Sequence record: PZ019084.1
Reading direction: 5' to 3' (one strand)
DNA: 64,000 bases
From: a phage
A program made the position numbers and the translations under genes. A model generated the notes under the pieces. It was not told where the DNA came from and searched no databases. It was given only the letters and a program-made list of their open reading frames with translations. Within the stretch, counting starts at the first letter, position 1; each line of letters starts with the position of its first letter. Positions 51,869 through 61,695 of the stretch are shown here, in pieces.

Positions 51869-52615
51869 TTATCCTCGGATAAGTTTAAAAATTGAACAAT
51901 TTAGCGGGTATCCTCTTTTCAGTTTAAGTTTATCAATAAAAGACAAGTTTTGATACCGCTCTACACCTTGAATAATTTTATCACACATATCATATTGCAT
52001 TTCTGCTTCTGACAACTTTTTCACAGTTTTCCAATCAGAGCCTTTAAGAAGAACGTTCAATTTAACAACTTCAGCGCCTTCTGCTATACGAGAACCATCA
52101 ATACGAGCTTTGAGTGCTATAATCGTTAGCTTAATATCAGAGGTTTGTTTTGATTTAGAAAGCTGAGAAATGTGTTCAATTCGGTTTTCACGTTTTTTCT
52201 GTATAGCTTTAATTTGATTATAAGTCTTTTTGATTTTAGCCCATTTCTTTTCATCTAAATTTAGTTTATGAACTTTTTTCGCAGATGAACGACCAATTCG
52301 CAAAGCAAATAAATCACGCTTTTCAATCAACTCTTCTAAAGTATAATCAGAACGAAATGTATTATACTTTTTCTTTACTGCAATAACATTCCCTTTAATG
52401 TATCCAACGTTATTATCAAAACGTTCTAATGATAATTTCTCTCCTTCAATACGATTATCAAAAGGTTCTCCCGAGTAAGCGCAAACTTTCTGATCTAAAA
52501 TGTTCTTAATGTAATTGAAGTCTAAGTTAAAATCTTTAGAACGTCTTTTGGCAGATGCCTGAGTATGCTCTAGACGACGTTTAATTTTACGAATTTGATT
52601 TTTAGACAGTTTCAT
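51869..52615 (-). CDS. basic protein with a degenerate HNH-like motif (possibly Srd-like)
   Basis: 248 aa; CAYSGEPFDN...LSLERFDNNVGYIKGNV resembles HNH_3-type motifs but lacks the His pair. Sits in the T4 srd position. Confidence 0.4.
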   Translation of the reverse strand: MKLSKNQIRKIKRRLEHTQASAKRRSKDFNLDFNYIKNILDQKVCAYSGEPFDNRIEGEKLSLERFDNNVGYIKGNVIAVKKKYNTFRSDYTLEELIEKRDLFALRIGRSSAKKVHKLNLDEKKWAKIKKTYNQIKAIQKKRENRIEHISQLSKSKQTSDIKLTIIALKARIDGSRIAEGAEVVKLNVLLKGSDWKTVKKLSEAEMQYDMCDKIIQGVERYQNLSFIDKLKLKRGYPLNCSIFKLIRG

Positions 52616-52645
52616 ATTTTTCTCACGGACGGGTTAACTACTTAT

Positions 52646-52675
52646 ACTATAACATTTTTACTTCAGCTTGTAAAC
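52646..52675 (-). promoter_or_regulatory. T4-type early promoter (GTTTAC-N18-TATAGT)
   Basis: Minus-strand motif match. Confidence 0.55.
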
Positions 52676-52731
52676 AACTTTATGAAAAATGCTTTAAAAC
52701 TTTCATGGTATAATGAATCTAAGTCCTTCCA

Positions 52732-53334
52732 TTATAGATTAAATCCTTCAAAGTCAAGAGTATAGATAGTGTATGTTGAATACTTTTTATACTCATATCT
52801 ATCCGCAATTCTAAATATACTTCCAGCTGGTATCATTACTTCCTGTTCATCTGAAACTAATTCCATATTACGATAGCGATGACTATCCGGAAACTTAAAA
52901 CTTGGACTATATTCTTTACAACGTAGAGCTTTTATAGCATACTCCTGGAAATTAAACACCATAGGAGCTTTGAATTCAAAAATAACTTGTGTGTTGTATT
53001 CTAATCCAGAAGCAAAATGTAGAGCTATATTTTTATCATATGAAGCTGATACTACTTTATCAAATGTAATAATATCAATTCCTTGATTTAACACCTGCTT
53101 AGTCTCAACTGGAACACCTCTCCAAAGAGGTTTATCGTTTGGTTCCAAACGAGATTTGATTATTTCATTTAACCAAGAATGATCGTCTGGCTTATTAGTA
53201 ATACAATGAATTAAAAGTTCAATTTCGGATAAATTAAATCCTTCAGAAAGTAATTCTTCACGAATAGAAGCACGCACCGATGCATCCATTGATTTGATTT
53301 TAAAATCTTTTAATTGCATTGCTGAATATTTCAT
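52732..53334 (-). CDS. modA: ModA ADP-ribosyltransferase
   Basis: 200 aa, same as T4 ModA; arginine-specific ART-like motifs, adjacent to modB. Confidence 0.7.
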   Translation of the reverse strand: MKYSAMQLKDFKIKSMDASVRASIREELLSEGFNLSEIELLIHCITNKPDDHSWLNEIIKSRLEPNDKPLWRGVPVETKQVLNQGIDIITFDKVVSASYDKNIALHFASGLEYNTQVIFEFKAPMVFNFQEYAIKALRCKEYSPSFKFPDSHRYRNMELVSDEQEVMIPAGSIFRIADRYEYKKYSTYTIYTLDFEGFNL

Positions 53335-53966
53335 TCAACTACCTCAATATCATACACTTTAAATGTTCCAAATGAATCGTGTAATTTTTCTTTTGAAATA
53401 GAAGTTATTTTATACTTTCCAATTGGAATCATCCATTCTTGTTCACGTACAATCATCATTAAGTTATCAGTACGTTCTGAATCTAATCCATCAGTATCTT
53501 CATATGTATACTTAAACTCAGTATTAGGAGAAGAAAGTATAATATCGCTGATATGGTCAGAGTAATTAAAAGCTTTATCAGTTTTTAAGCGAAGTACTAT
53601 TTCAGTGAAATATTCAGCATAAGAAAAAGAACACGCTGTATGCAAACTAGTAGTAAATGAATCTACTCTGTTCGTTGAAAACACTTCTCCGACTTGTAAA
53701 TCTTTAATGAGTTCTTTTGTCGATTTTGATATACCACGATATAGCTGATAAGGCGATTTAGTTAAATGCTTTTTAATGATTTTATTCAACTGCCGATGAA
53801 GAGCTTCATTCTTTTTGGCTTCCATACATTGCCAAAGAACTGACTGTTCAAAGTCAGTAAATTTTTCACAGACCTTTTTATACATATCATATTGAAAATC
53901 GACACTTTCAGCTTTTATAGATAACTGTTCAACATCTGTAAGATTAATAATCATGATAGCCTCCAT
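53331..53966 (-). CDS. modB: ModB ADP-ribosyltransferase
   Basis: 211-aa ORF (about 207 from the internal Met), paralogous architecture to ModA. Confidence 0.7.
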   Translation of the reverse strand: MEAIMIINLTDVEQLSIKAESVDFQYDMYKKVCEKFTDFEQSVLWQCMEAKKNEALHRQLNKIIKKHLTKSPYQLYRGISKSTKELIKDLQVGEVFSTNRVDSFTTSLHTACSFSYAEYFTEIVLRLKTDKAFNYSDHISDIILSSPNTEFKYTYEDTDGLDSERTDNLMMIVREQEWMIPIGKYKITSISKEKLHDSFGTFKVYDIEVVE

Positions 53967-54021
53967 ATACTTCAGAAGCTATCATATCATTGTTAGGAAG
54001 GAAAGTAAACAACTTTTTGAA

Positions 54022-54204
54022 TTATTTTGCCCATGGAGCCCAGGGCGGAGGGTCAAGATGGTATGAAGCTAGTTCTTCTAGAAGAGCATCTGGGGCTTCA
54101 ATTCCATAATTCTGTAATACTATACGGTACTCTTTCTTATAATCACTAGAATCATTCTGGATATTCGTAGAATGATTATCTTCTAACATCTCAAATAAAT
54201 CCAT
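54022..54204 (-). CDS. hypothetical protein
   Basis: 60-aa ORF. Confidence 0.4.
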   Translation of the reverse strand: MDLFEMLEDNHSTNIQNDSSDYKKEYRIVLQNYGIEAPDALLEELASYHLDPPPWAPWAK

Positions 54205-54212
54205 ATTAATTC

Positions 54213-54683
54213 CTAGCGATAAAAACCAAACCGACGATTAGTTTCAATAATCTTTCTTTCTTCTTCGGACATTCTCCAGCGTAGTCCAACATCAAAATGA
54301 GCCCAGACCATCTTAACAAATGCATTTATATCTTTAATATCTTCAATAATGAATGTTTTACTTTTAGAAGGTTGACTAGCTAATTTAACTTTATCGTCTT
54401 CAAACAGGTCAAAAAGACCATATTCATGAGCTCTTTTATAGCCTTTAATAGTTAAAGCTTCAGAAGAAGAAAATGGTGAATCAGTATTCTGCAAAATATC
54501 TTCAGTATGCTTTATAATTAGAATAACATTTTCTGGATATTTTCTTTCTTTTATATCTTTAATTAAAATATCCGGATTTTCTGCTAAAGGAATAATTAAT
54601 GAGCACTTTTTGTCAAGTGTATTTACCGATTTACCTTCTTTAGACATAAATTCTATTGAATAATGTTTTGCTACTTCAATCAT
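54213..54683 (-). CDS. hypothetical protein (mrh-region)
   Basis: 156-aa ORF. Confidence 0.5.
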   Translation of the reverse strand: MIEVAKHYSIEFMSKEGKSVNTLDKKCSLIIPLAENPDILIKDIKERKYPENVILIIKHTEDILQNTDSPFSSSEALTIKGYKRAHEYGLFDLFEDDKVKLASQPSKSKTFIIEDIKDINAFVKMVWAHFDVGLRWRMSEEERKIIETNRRFGFYR

Positions 54684-54836
54684 GTGATTTCCTCTTGCCT
54701 ACTAATGGGCCGTCAGGAATTTTGTTTTCCTGGATATATTTCTCATTTTCTTCCATCATTTTACTACCGACTTTAAGAAGCAAATCCAGTGCTTCATTTG
54801 CTTTAGCTTTAGCCTCTTCTAACGTCATATCTCTGT

Positions 54837-55040
54837 TCACGATTTATCCCCATAGATGTCTCTCATCAATTTAAGCGCTGAGCGTTCTAATTTCTTTTCT
54901 TTCTCAGCACTAATCATTGATTTCATCCATTCTTCTGATTCGTTTTGCATTTCTTTATTTGCCTGTTCAACCCAACCATCGTCAATGTACATTGAGTTTG
55001 GTCTACTGAACCATTCAAGCATTTTCTTCAGAACTTTCAT
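54837..55040 (-). CDS. hypothetical protein
   Basis: 67-aa ORF. Confidence 0.4.
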   Translation of the reverse strand: MKVLKKMLEWFSRPNSMYIDDGWVEQANKEMQNESEEWMKSMISAEKEKKLERSALKLMRDIYGDKS

Positions 55041-55512
55041 CTGTTTTACCTAAAACAACAGTAGGAGCATCATCAAATTCATGAATTTTTAGCAAATTTG
55101 GATGTAAACTATTCCATACAGAAGAAATAAAGTATGATAAAGCATCTTCGTCCACAATTATAAATTTATTTCCTTTATCTATTTTCCAACTATATACTGA
55201 ATCGTACGAATAAAAAGATAAAGGTTCATCATTATATTTTTCTGTGTTAACATTAATGTATTCTGATTTAGTAAATGCTTCAATTGCTCTAAATGGAATA
55301 TTTGGCACAGTTTCAATAATACCAATCTTTTTAAGTTTTATTTCAGCATCTTCTGGAACTGGCATTGAAACGAAATTTTCTACGAGATACATTGGGTCGC
55401 AATAACCCTTATCAATCATTACTGCTACGGTAATTGGAACATCTTTAGCAAACGACATACTATTACTGCTAATATACATTTCAAACAAAATCGCTTCCAT
55501 AATTTTCCTCAA
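55015..55512 (-). CDS. hypothetical protein
   Basis: 165-aa ORF. Confidence 0.5.
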   Translation of the reverse strand: MRKIMEAILFEMYISSNSMSFAKDVPITVAVMIDKGYCDPMYLVENFVSMPVPEDAEIKLKKIGIIETVPNIPFRAIEAFTKSEYINVNTEKYNDEPLSFYSYDSVYSWKIDKGNKFIIVDEDALSYFISSVWNSLHPNLLKIHEFDDAPTVVLGKTDESSEENA

Positions 55513-55847
55513 TCACAAGATGTAGATGAACAACTAGAATCACAAGAACTTCCACACGAATCGCCCGTCCATACATGAACAGGAACATTAGTGTCATATG
55601 AATCAGAACTAGACTGTGTATTCTGCGTATTAGATGATGTAGGTGTTGACCAACGCCAAGGATTTTTATAATATTCTTGGGCTTCTTCATAAGTCATAGT
55701 AACTGCTTCTACTGTTCCATCTCCCATATAAACATATTCAACTACAGTTAAAGGAAGGTAATCATTTGAAATAGGAACTACACCTTCTCCGGGAGTTGTA
55801 GAGAAAAAATCTGTAAAGAAGCTTTTAAACCAATTAAAGATAAACAT
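55509..55847 (-). CDS. hypothetical protein with Cys/Ser-rich C-terminus
   Basis: 112 aa ending ...[18 protein letters not shown]. Confidence 0.45.
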   Translation of the reverse strand: MFIFNWFKSFFTDFFSTTPGEGVVPISNDYLPLTVVEYVYMGDGTVEAVTMTYEEAQEYYKNPWRWSTPTSSNTQNTQSSSDSYDTNVPVHVWTGDSCGSSCDSSCSSTSCD

Positions 55848-56053
55848 TACAAAAAGCCTCTTTTGAATTCGACTTGCTTTTCGCCATAATCATATCGAAT
55901 CTCTGCATTAAATTCGACAGAACCATCTGCGTACATCATAAATGAATGCACAACAACTTCTGTAGACCATGGCTGCAGTTCATATTTCTTCATTACATGC
56001 CGTGAAATGATAATATCTAAATCTTCATTTGGTTTAATCCAGCGATTTAACAT
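55847..56053 (-). CDS. hypothetical protein
   Basis: 68-aa ORF preceded by the promoter at 56069..56098. Confidence 0.45.
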   Translation of the reverse strand: MLNRWIKPNEDLDIIISRHVMKKYELQPWSTEVVVHSFMMYADGSVEFNAEIRYDYGEKQVEFKRGFL

Positions 56054-56068
56054 AGTGCTCTCCTCTAT

Positions 56069-56098
56069 AAGATAATTCTATTATACCATACTCATTTT
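56069..56098 (-). promoter_or_regulatory. T4-type early promoter (GTTTAC-N18-TATAAT)
   Basis: Minus-strand motif match. Confidence 0.55.
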
Positions 56099-56116
56099 GG
56101 AAAGTAAACCGGTAAA

Positions 56117-56146
56117 ATGAAAAAAGGACTCCCGAAGGAGTCCTTG
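56117..56146 (-). terminator. rho-independent terminator after soc (same hairpin sequence as at 2608..2625)
   Basis: GGACUCC-CGAA-GGAGUCC hairpin followed on the minus strand by a U-run. Confidence 0.65.
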
Positions 56147-56150
56147 AATT

Positions 56151-56384
56151 TTAACCTATTTCTGTAGGCGTAAACATTGCAGCATTCTTAGTTTTCCAAG
56201 TTGCTGCATCGGAAACTACATCAGAATAAGCTGCTTTTTCTGACGGAAAGATTTGATAATGAGAATCTGCGATACGATGCTCGTTAGAATAAATTTCAAA
56301 CGGAACAGAAACTTCCATGCCTTTAACTTCTTTGCCTTCACCTGCTGGATGAGTAAAGGTCTTGATGTTAACGAAACCACCCAT
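56151..56384 (-). CDS. soc: Soc small outer capsid protein
   Basis: 77 aa; VNIKTF and HYQ.FPSEKAAYS blocks resemble T4 Soc; late promoter upstream. Confidence 0.75.
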   Translation of the reverse strand: MGGFVNIKTFTHPAGEGKEVKGMEVSVPFEIYSNEHRIADSHYQIFPSEKAAYSDVVSDAATWKTKNAAMFTPTEIG

Positions 56385-56415
56385 AATAAACTCCTTTATT
56401 GTTTAATTACAGGTG

Positions 56416-56423
56416 TATTTATA
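56416..56423 (-). promoter_or_regulatory. late promoter TATAAATA for soc
   Basis: Exact TATAAATA on the minus strand about 30 nt upstream of the soc ATG. Confidence 0.7.
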
Positions 56424-56593
56424 TCAGTCTTCAATGAAAACTTGTGCTAGGAATTCGTGTTCATCATGAATTTGTTTATATAAAGCCATTACAGCATTTA
56501 TATTAGAGCTATCTACTTTAAGCTGATAAGCATACCACTCGTGTAAATTAATTAAAGCTTTTTGTCGTCTAATAAATTCTTCTTTGGATATTT

Positions 56594-56794
56594 TCATTTT
56601 GAATGCTCTATAATTAATTTTAAGGCTTCTTCACTGACAAAAATTTCATCAAGACCTTCTTCTACACCCCAATCAACCACACGAAGCTGATTAGATAAGA
56701 GCTCACATACGAGCTCCTTGTCATAATTTTTAAATAGCTGGTCAATACGTTTCTTGTGGGCTTTCTTAAGTTGTCGTTTATTTAAACGAGCCAT
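56594..56794 (-). CDS. hypothetical protein
   Basis: 66-aa ORF. Confidence 0.45.
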   Translation of the reverse strand: MARLNKRQLKKAHKKRIDQLFKNYDKELVCELLSNQLRVVDWGVEEGLDEIFVSEEALKLIIEHSK

Positions 56795-57312
56795 TAATAA
56801 CCTCGGTCTTGGCGAGCGAAGTTTTCAGCATTTTTCAGATAATAAAGTTTAAAGATTTCTTCAGCCGTAAGACCGAGACCTTGGAACATGTTCAGAACGA
56901 AATGAAGAATATCAATCATTTCGAATTTAATTTCCAACTGGTCTTGTGGAGACAAATCAGTAATTAAAGTTTCACGACGTTCACCATGTTGAGCTTTCCA
57001 TGGCTTCCATACAGCAGATGCATCTTTTTCACCATTGCTCATACCACCAAGAGAAGTCAGAAGTTCGCGGAATTCATCATCAATATAATCTTTTTGATTA
57101 CGCAGCCAATCAACAACTTCGCCTGCAGTAGCCAAATCATCAGGATGACGGTTATATTCAGGTTTATCTTTAGCTAAACGAACCTGCAGAGATTTCTGCA
57201 TATCAAGCATAACCTGCAGCGGGTCTTTTTCATCACCGAGAATATCCCAGTATTCATTTTGAGCTTTATCAGCGCCTTCAATCAGTTGTGAACATTCATT
57301 AAAGTATGCCAT
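56794..57312 (-). CDS. 56: dCTPase/dUTPase (gp56)
   Basis: 172 aa from MAYFNECSQLIEGADKAQNEYWDILGD, matching T4 gp56; the ORF track adds 31 codons upstream. Confidence 0.85.
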   Translation of the reverse strand: MAYFNECSQLIEGADKAQNEYWDILGDEKDPLQVMLDMQKSLQVRLAKDKPEYNRHPDDLATAGEVVDWLRNQKDYIDDEFRELLTSLGGMSNGEKDASAVWKPWKAQHGERRETLITDLSPQDQLEIKFEMIDILHFVLNMFQGLGLTAEEIFKLYYLKNAENFARQDRGY

Positions 57313-57383
57313 TATTTTTCCTTTCAATTCATGGGTTAGTAGATTAATTATACAATAAATATATAAAGCAATAAGGAGGACAT

Positions 57384-57584
57384 ATGGTACAAAAATTAAT
57401 GGCACTTGTTAATGCCATAAAAGGTAATAAAAAACGTATAGCTTTTACTATTTCTGCTATGGTAGGAATTTTACTCTGGAATTTTGTTTTATCGCCAATT
57501 GCTATTGCTCATGGTGTTAATATTCCAGTAATTACTCTTGATACATTCGTAGATTTAGCATTTGCTTTAGTTGGGTTAATTTAA
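57384..57584 (+). CDS. small hydrophobic protein on the opposite strand between genes 56 and 61
   Basis: 66-aa ORF with a strong AAGGAGG Shine-Dalgarno 4 to 5 nt before the ATG; predicted transmembrane segments. Uncertain. Confidence 0.4.
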   Translation: MVQKLMALVNAIKGNKKRIAFTISAMVGILLWNFVLSPIAIAHGVNIPVITLDTFVDLAFALVGLI

Positions 57585-58609
57585 ATCTTAGCATATTTAG
57601 ATAGCCGCATTTTAGCCATCAACCCTTGGGCAATATTATTTTTCATATATTCCATAATTTGTTCAGGGGTTGCACCTTCCTTTCTAATCATATCATTAAC
57701 ATCTTTTGATTTCCAGGGAGATTTGTCCCAAAACATAACCCTTTCTCCTGCATCAACCAATTTAGTCATTCGTTTAATAGTGTCAGGGTGACGAGGTTCA
57801 TTATCTAAAACCCACACACGTCTATCTTTAAATGGAACAATTTCTAGGTCTAATTGACCACCCGTAATAGCTATACCATTTTCAATAAAAAGTGAATCTA
57901 TAGGTCCTTCTAGAACATATACATCACCATCTTTGACTCGTTCAACTCCATAGATTTTTGTTGCCTCAGGATAAGCTTTGATGGTGATATATTTTTGAGG
58001 AGCATCTTTCTTTAATGCACGTCCTTGAAAAGACTCAGCTTTTCCATTAGCATTATAAATTGGAATAACAAGACGAGGCTCAGGTATTTCCTTTTTATAT
58101 GTTCCTGGCGCTATACTATTAACTAATTTAGGCCATTCGGTTGTAAACCAAAGATATTTCCATTTATCCTTTGGAATACAACGAGCTTTTACGTATTTTA
58201 TAATTGGATGGTCTTCCGTCAGTTTATCTAATCTAATGCATGACGGAAGAGATTTAATTATTTTCTTCTCAGGTTGTTTAGGAAGTTCTTTAGGTTTTTC
58301 TACTGGACGACTTTTACCTTTTTCTTTTCTTATTTCAAAGATATACTCACGATATAAATCAGGTTCAAACTCCTTTAAATATATTCCGATTGGTGCATGA
58401 TAGTTGCAGTTATAACAATGAATATTTCCTTCATTATTATCACCATAATACCATCCACGGGCTTTATTTTGGTCGGTTTTTGAATCTCCACAAACGGGGC
58501 ATCTAAACCGTAATTTAAAAGTTGAACTATTATTTACTTGTGCGAATTTAGGTAAATGAGCCAATGCACGGTATGCAAACTCATTATCAATCCAAGGTAT
58601 TGATGACAT
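57581..58609 (-). CDS. 61: gp61 DNA primase
   Basis: 342 aa, same as T4 gp61; N-terminal zinc ribbon (CPVCGDSK...CYNC) and a TOPRIM region. Confidence 0.9.
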   Translation of the reverse strand: MSSIPWIDNEFAYRALAHLPKFAQVNNSSTFKLRFRCPVCGDSKTDQNKARGWYYGDNNEGNIHCYNCNYHAPIGIYLKEFEPDLYREYIFEIRKEKGKSRPVEKPKELPKQPEKKIIKSLPSCIRLDKLTEDHPIIKYVKARCIPKDKWKYLWFTTEWPKLVNSIAPGTYKKEIPEPRLVIPIYNANGKAESFQGRALKKDAPQKYITIKAYPEATKIYGVERVKDGDVYVLEGPIDSLFIENGIAITGGQLDLEIVPFKDRRVWVLDNEPRHPDTIKRMTKLVDAGERVMFWDKSPWKSKDVNDMIRKEGATPEQIMEYMKNNIAQGLMAKMRLSKYAKI

Positions 58610-58611
58610 TT

Positions 58612-58776
58612 TTTACTCTTCTTTTTCTTTAGATTCCTCTTTTTTCTTTTTAGGAATCTGTTCAGGACCTTTATTTACTACAGCACCTGACGTTGTTCCA
58701 GTAGAGATATTTTCAGGATTACCACCCGAATCTCCAGCTACCATATCTTCTTTAATAAATTCTTTATATGTTTTCA
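58612..58776 (-). CDS. small charged protein (54 aa)
   Basis: Hand-translated ORF immediately upstream of gene 61, lysine/glutamate-rich tail. Below the ORF-track cutoff. Confidence 0.35.
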
Positions 58777-58778
58777 TA

Positions 58779-59405
58779 TTAACCTCTATTCATAAAAGCA
58801 TTAAAAATTTGGTCATCAATAGAAACATCTACTTTAGACTGTTTTTCTGACGGTAATTCATATCCACATATTACAATTTTGTGATCAATATCAAAATACA
58901 CAGAAGCAATATGATTAATGATGTTTTCAGTAAAGTCTAAATCAACATCAATATCTTTTTGACCACAGCCCAAAGGATAAATAATGCGAGTAATTCGATT
59001 ATCTTTAACAAAGATTCCACCGACATACTCTGTGCTGCGTTCAAAATCTACACGCCGACGAAATGAAAAATATTCAGGCTCTTTATGAGCTCTGCTCATA
59101 GGACACAACGAGTAACTAGAATAAGAGATGTCAAATCCTACGCCTTCGATATGAGCCAAAGTGTCATGATTAAACCAATTATAATCGTACGCCAAGTCCA
59201 TTAGATTATAATATGTAAAAGGCACCGGATTAACATCATTAGTCACAAGCATATAATTAGCAACTGCTATAATTTCATTGTTTTTAACGAATACAAACCG
59301 TGATTGATGCGAATGACCTGGACCCGCGTTTTCACGATTAATGATATAACACTGGGCACCTTTATATTTGTATGTATCTTTGCACTTGTGCATTTGATAG
59401 AGCAT
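58779..59405 (-). CDS. hypothetical protein (61.1-like)
   Basis: 208-aa ORF. Confidence 0.5.
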   Translation of the reverse strand: MLYQMHKCKDTYKYKGAQCYIINRENAGPGHSHQSRFVFVKNNEIIAVANYMLVTNDVNPVPFTYYNLMDLAYDYNWFNHDTLAHIEGVGFDISYSSYSLCPMSRAHKEPEYFSFRRRVDFERSTEYVGGIFVKDNRITRIIYPLGCGQKDIDVDLDFTENIINHIASVYFDIDHKIVICGYELPSEKQSKVDVSIDDQIFNAFMNRG

Positions 59406-59698
59406 TATTCACCTACCACTTCAGCGATGATATTTTTATTATTAAAGTTTTTATCGCAATACAGAACATAATTATACTGCATTACACCACCAGACTTAAG
59501 TTGTTTTTGCACTTCAGCTTTCATTTCAGGACGATCACGCTCAACGATATTCATAATATCGGCTTCAATTTGAGTTTCAACTTCAGTCTGATCTGCAGTC
59601 ATAGACCACTCACACAAATCTTTGTCATAACCCGCCATAGCAGGCTGAGCAACGCAAGAAGATAAAGCAAAAATTGCAGCAAAGATAAATTTTTTCAT
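59405..59698 (-). CDS. predicted secreted or lipoprotein (61.2-like)
   Basis: 97 aa with an N-terminal signal peptide (MKKFIFAAIFALSSC...). Confidence 0.5.
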   Translation of the reverse strand: MKKFIFAAIFALSSCVAQPAMAGYDKDLCEWSMTADQTEVETQIEADIMNIVERDRPEMKAEVQKQLKSGGVMQYNYVLYCDKNFNNKNIIAEVVGE

Positions 59699-59726
59699 GA
59701 TAATCTCCTCAGTAGTTTATGTTTAT

Positions 59727-59756
59727 ATAGTATCTCAATTTCCACTAAAAGTAAAC
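59727..59756 (-). promoter_or_regulatory. T4-type early promoter (GTTTAC-N18-TACTAT)
   Basis: Minus-strand motif match. Confidence 0.55.
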
Positions 59757-59758
59757 AG

Positions 59759-60058
59759 TTATTTTAAAACTTCTGCATAATCACATGTTACAAACTGTTT
59801 CTCTAACTTGACGATTTTACGAAAGTATCTTTTGCATTGGCGAATCTGTCGCTTCGTAGGGCGCACAGCAAACTTAATAAATTCCACTCGACCAAATGGA
59901 GGACTTTCTTCTGCTGGAATATCTAACACCAATTCCCACGTATCTGCAATAAGTGCTTTGAATTGAGTATTTTTCCTGACGTTATACGGAGTAGGTTTAA
60001 ATAAAACGATATGCATATTATCCTCGGCAATCCACTTCACATACTTTCTTGTCATCAA
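59759..60058 (-). CDS. hypothetical protein (61.4-like)
   Basis: 99-aa ORF. Confidence 0.45.
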   Translation of the reverse strand: MMTRKYVKWIAEDNMHIVLFKPTPYNVRKNTQFKALIADTWELVLDIPAEESPPFGRVEFIKFAVRPTKRQIRQCKRYFRKIVKLEKQFVTCDYAEVLK

Positions 60059-60200
60059 TGAAAGCTTTAACTAGCGCTTTATTAACTTCAGCATATTGAG
60101 TAGTAGCCCATTGAACGTCATCTTTCATCATTGTGATTTCTTTAGTAAACATGCTTTCATTCTTAAACCACCCCATAAAAACTACCTTTACCAATTCCAT
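60018..60200 (-). CDS. dmd: Dmd antitoxin (inhibitor of host RnlA/LsoA mRNA endoribonucleases)
   Basis: 60 aa, the size of T4 Dmd, adjacent to gene 41 with its own early promoter. Confidence 0.75.
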   Translation of the reverse strand: MELVKVVFMGWFKNESMFTKEITMMKDDVQWATTQYAEVNKALVKAFIDDKKVCEVDCRG

Positions 60201-60229
60201 AAAAATCTCCTCATTTAACCAACAAGACT

Positions 60230-60259
60230 ACTATACCATAGTCTTGTCAGCTTGTAAAC
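60230..60259 (-). promoter_or_regulatory. T4-type early promoter for dmd (GTTTAC-N18-TATAGT)
   Basis: Minus-strand motif match. Confidence 0.55.
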
Positions 60260-61686
60260 TAAAATTTTAATTCATTCGCTAAAGCATCTAACTGAGCTCG
60301 AGCGGATTCGTTTCTTTGATAACGATTCTGCTCAGCCTGAATCTGCTGTGAACCTGCTACTTCGTTCACTTCGGTTGGAGTAGAATCTTGTTCAATTTCT
60401 ACCCATTTCTGATTTCCTTTTTGAACACCCATTAAAAACTTATTCCATTTATTCTTATCACCGTATCGTGATTTGATTTGCTTAATGAGTTGTTGTTCAG
60501 CAGCTGCTAACTCCTCGGTTTCAATGACCGCAAGCATAAAATCGGCTGTTGCTGGAAGACCGGCAGATTCTGCAATATCGCTCATGTTAACATCAGAAGA
60601 ATCCCAAGCTTGCTTACCAACCTGTGCTGCAGTCCAAAGAACAGTTTCAGTTTCAACAGCCAGAGCACGCAATTCTTCTGCGATGGCTTTAACAGTTGTG
60701 TAACTATTTTCTGAGTAAACTCTGATGCGGCAAGATTTACAAATACCCAGATAGTCAACAATAATGATTGTTGGAACAAAATTCTTCTTGAGCTTTAATT
60801 CATTTAAAAGCGACCGAAATGTATTAGCGTCTGCTCCACCAGTAGGATATTGCTTAACGATTAAACGACCGAGAGTAGATTTCTCACGCCATTTTTCCAT
60901 CTTTCCTTTATACTCAGCGTAAGAAATATGCCCATCATCAATGTCATCAAGAGAAACATCAAGCATATTAGCATCAATACGCTTAGCACAGACTTCTTCT
61001 GCCATTTCCATGGAAATGTAAAGAACATTATGTCCGAGCTGCAAATAATCTGCTGCCAATGAACACAGACCTAATGACTTACCAACGTTAACACCAGCCA
61101 TTAAAACGTTCAGTGTTCCAGTTTCAGCTCCGCCTTTAGTAATTTTATTTAGAATTTTGAGTTTAAATGGAACCTTACGAGCTTTATTCATATAAGATAG
61201 CCAACGTGCTTCGTAGTCATCCATCCAATCATGACCAACGTAACTATCAAATGAAATTGATAATGCTTGGCGCATGATGTCAGGAATAGCACCTACATCT
61301 GGCATTTTCTTATTTCGTTTTTCCGGAGGAAGCTCAGCATTGGTTTGAATTTCAATTATTTTAGATGTGGCGTTAAACATCGCCCTTTGCTGAACATATT
61401 TTTCTGTTTCTTTTACTAACCAGCTGTGGTCTTCTGGAGAATCGGTTAGTTTCGAAATAAGTGTTTTTACACCAGAATATTCTGTTTCAGTAAATGAACT
61501 ATTTTCTAACGCAACATTTAACGCATTAATAGATGGAACGCTATGGTACTCATTAACATGAGATTTAATTAATTTGAATGTATTTTTAGCTGGACCACTT
61601 TCAAAATATTCTGAATCCATATATGGCCAAACTTTTGAAAAATAAGCTTGATCAAATATGAGATGAGAAAGAATAATTTCTACCAC
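60259..61686 (-). CDS. 41: gp41 replicative helicase (DnaB-like)
   Basis: 475 aa, same as T4 gp41; Walker A GVNVGKS. Confidence 0.9.
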   Translation of the reverse strand: MVEIILSHLIFDQAYFSKVWPYMDSEYFESGPAKNTFKLIKSHVNEYHSVPSINALNVALENSSFTETEYSGVKTLISKLTDSPEDHSWLVKETEKYVQQRAMFNATSKIIEIQTNAELPPEKRNKKMPDVGAIPDIMRQALSISFDSYVGHDWMDDYEARWLSYMNKARKVPFKLKILNKITKGGAETGTLNVLMAGVNVGKSLGLCSLAADYLQLGHNVLYISMEMAEEVCAKRIDANMLDVSLDDIDDGHISYAEYKGKMEKWREKSTLGRLIVKQYPTGGADANTFRSLLNELKLKKNFVPTIIIVDYLGICKSCRIRVYSENSYTTVKAIAEELRALAVETETVLWTAAQVGKQAWDSSDVNMSDIAESAGLPATADFMLAVIETEELAAAEQQLIKQIKSRYGDKNKWNKFLMGVQKGNQKWVEIEQDSTPTEVNEVAGSQQIQAEQNRYQRNESARAQLDALANELKF

Positions 61687-61695
61687 ACTTACTCC

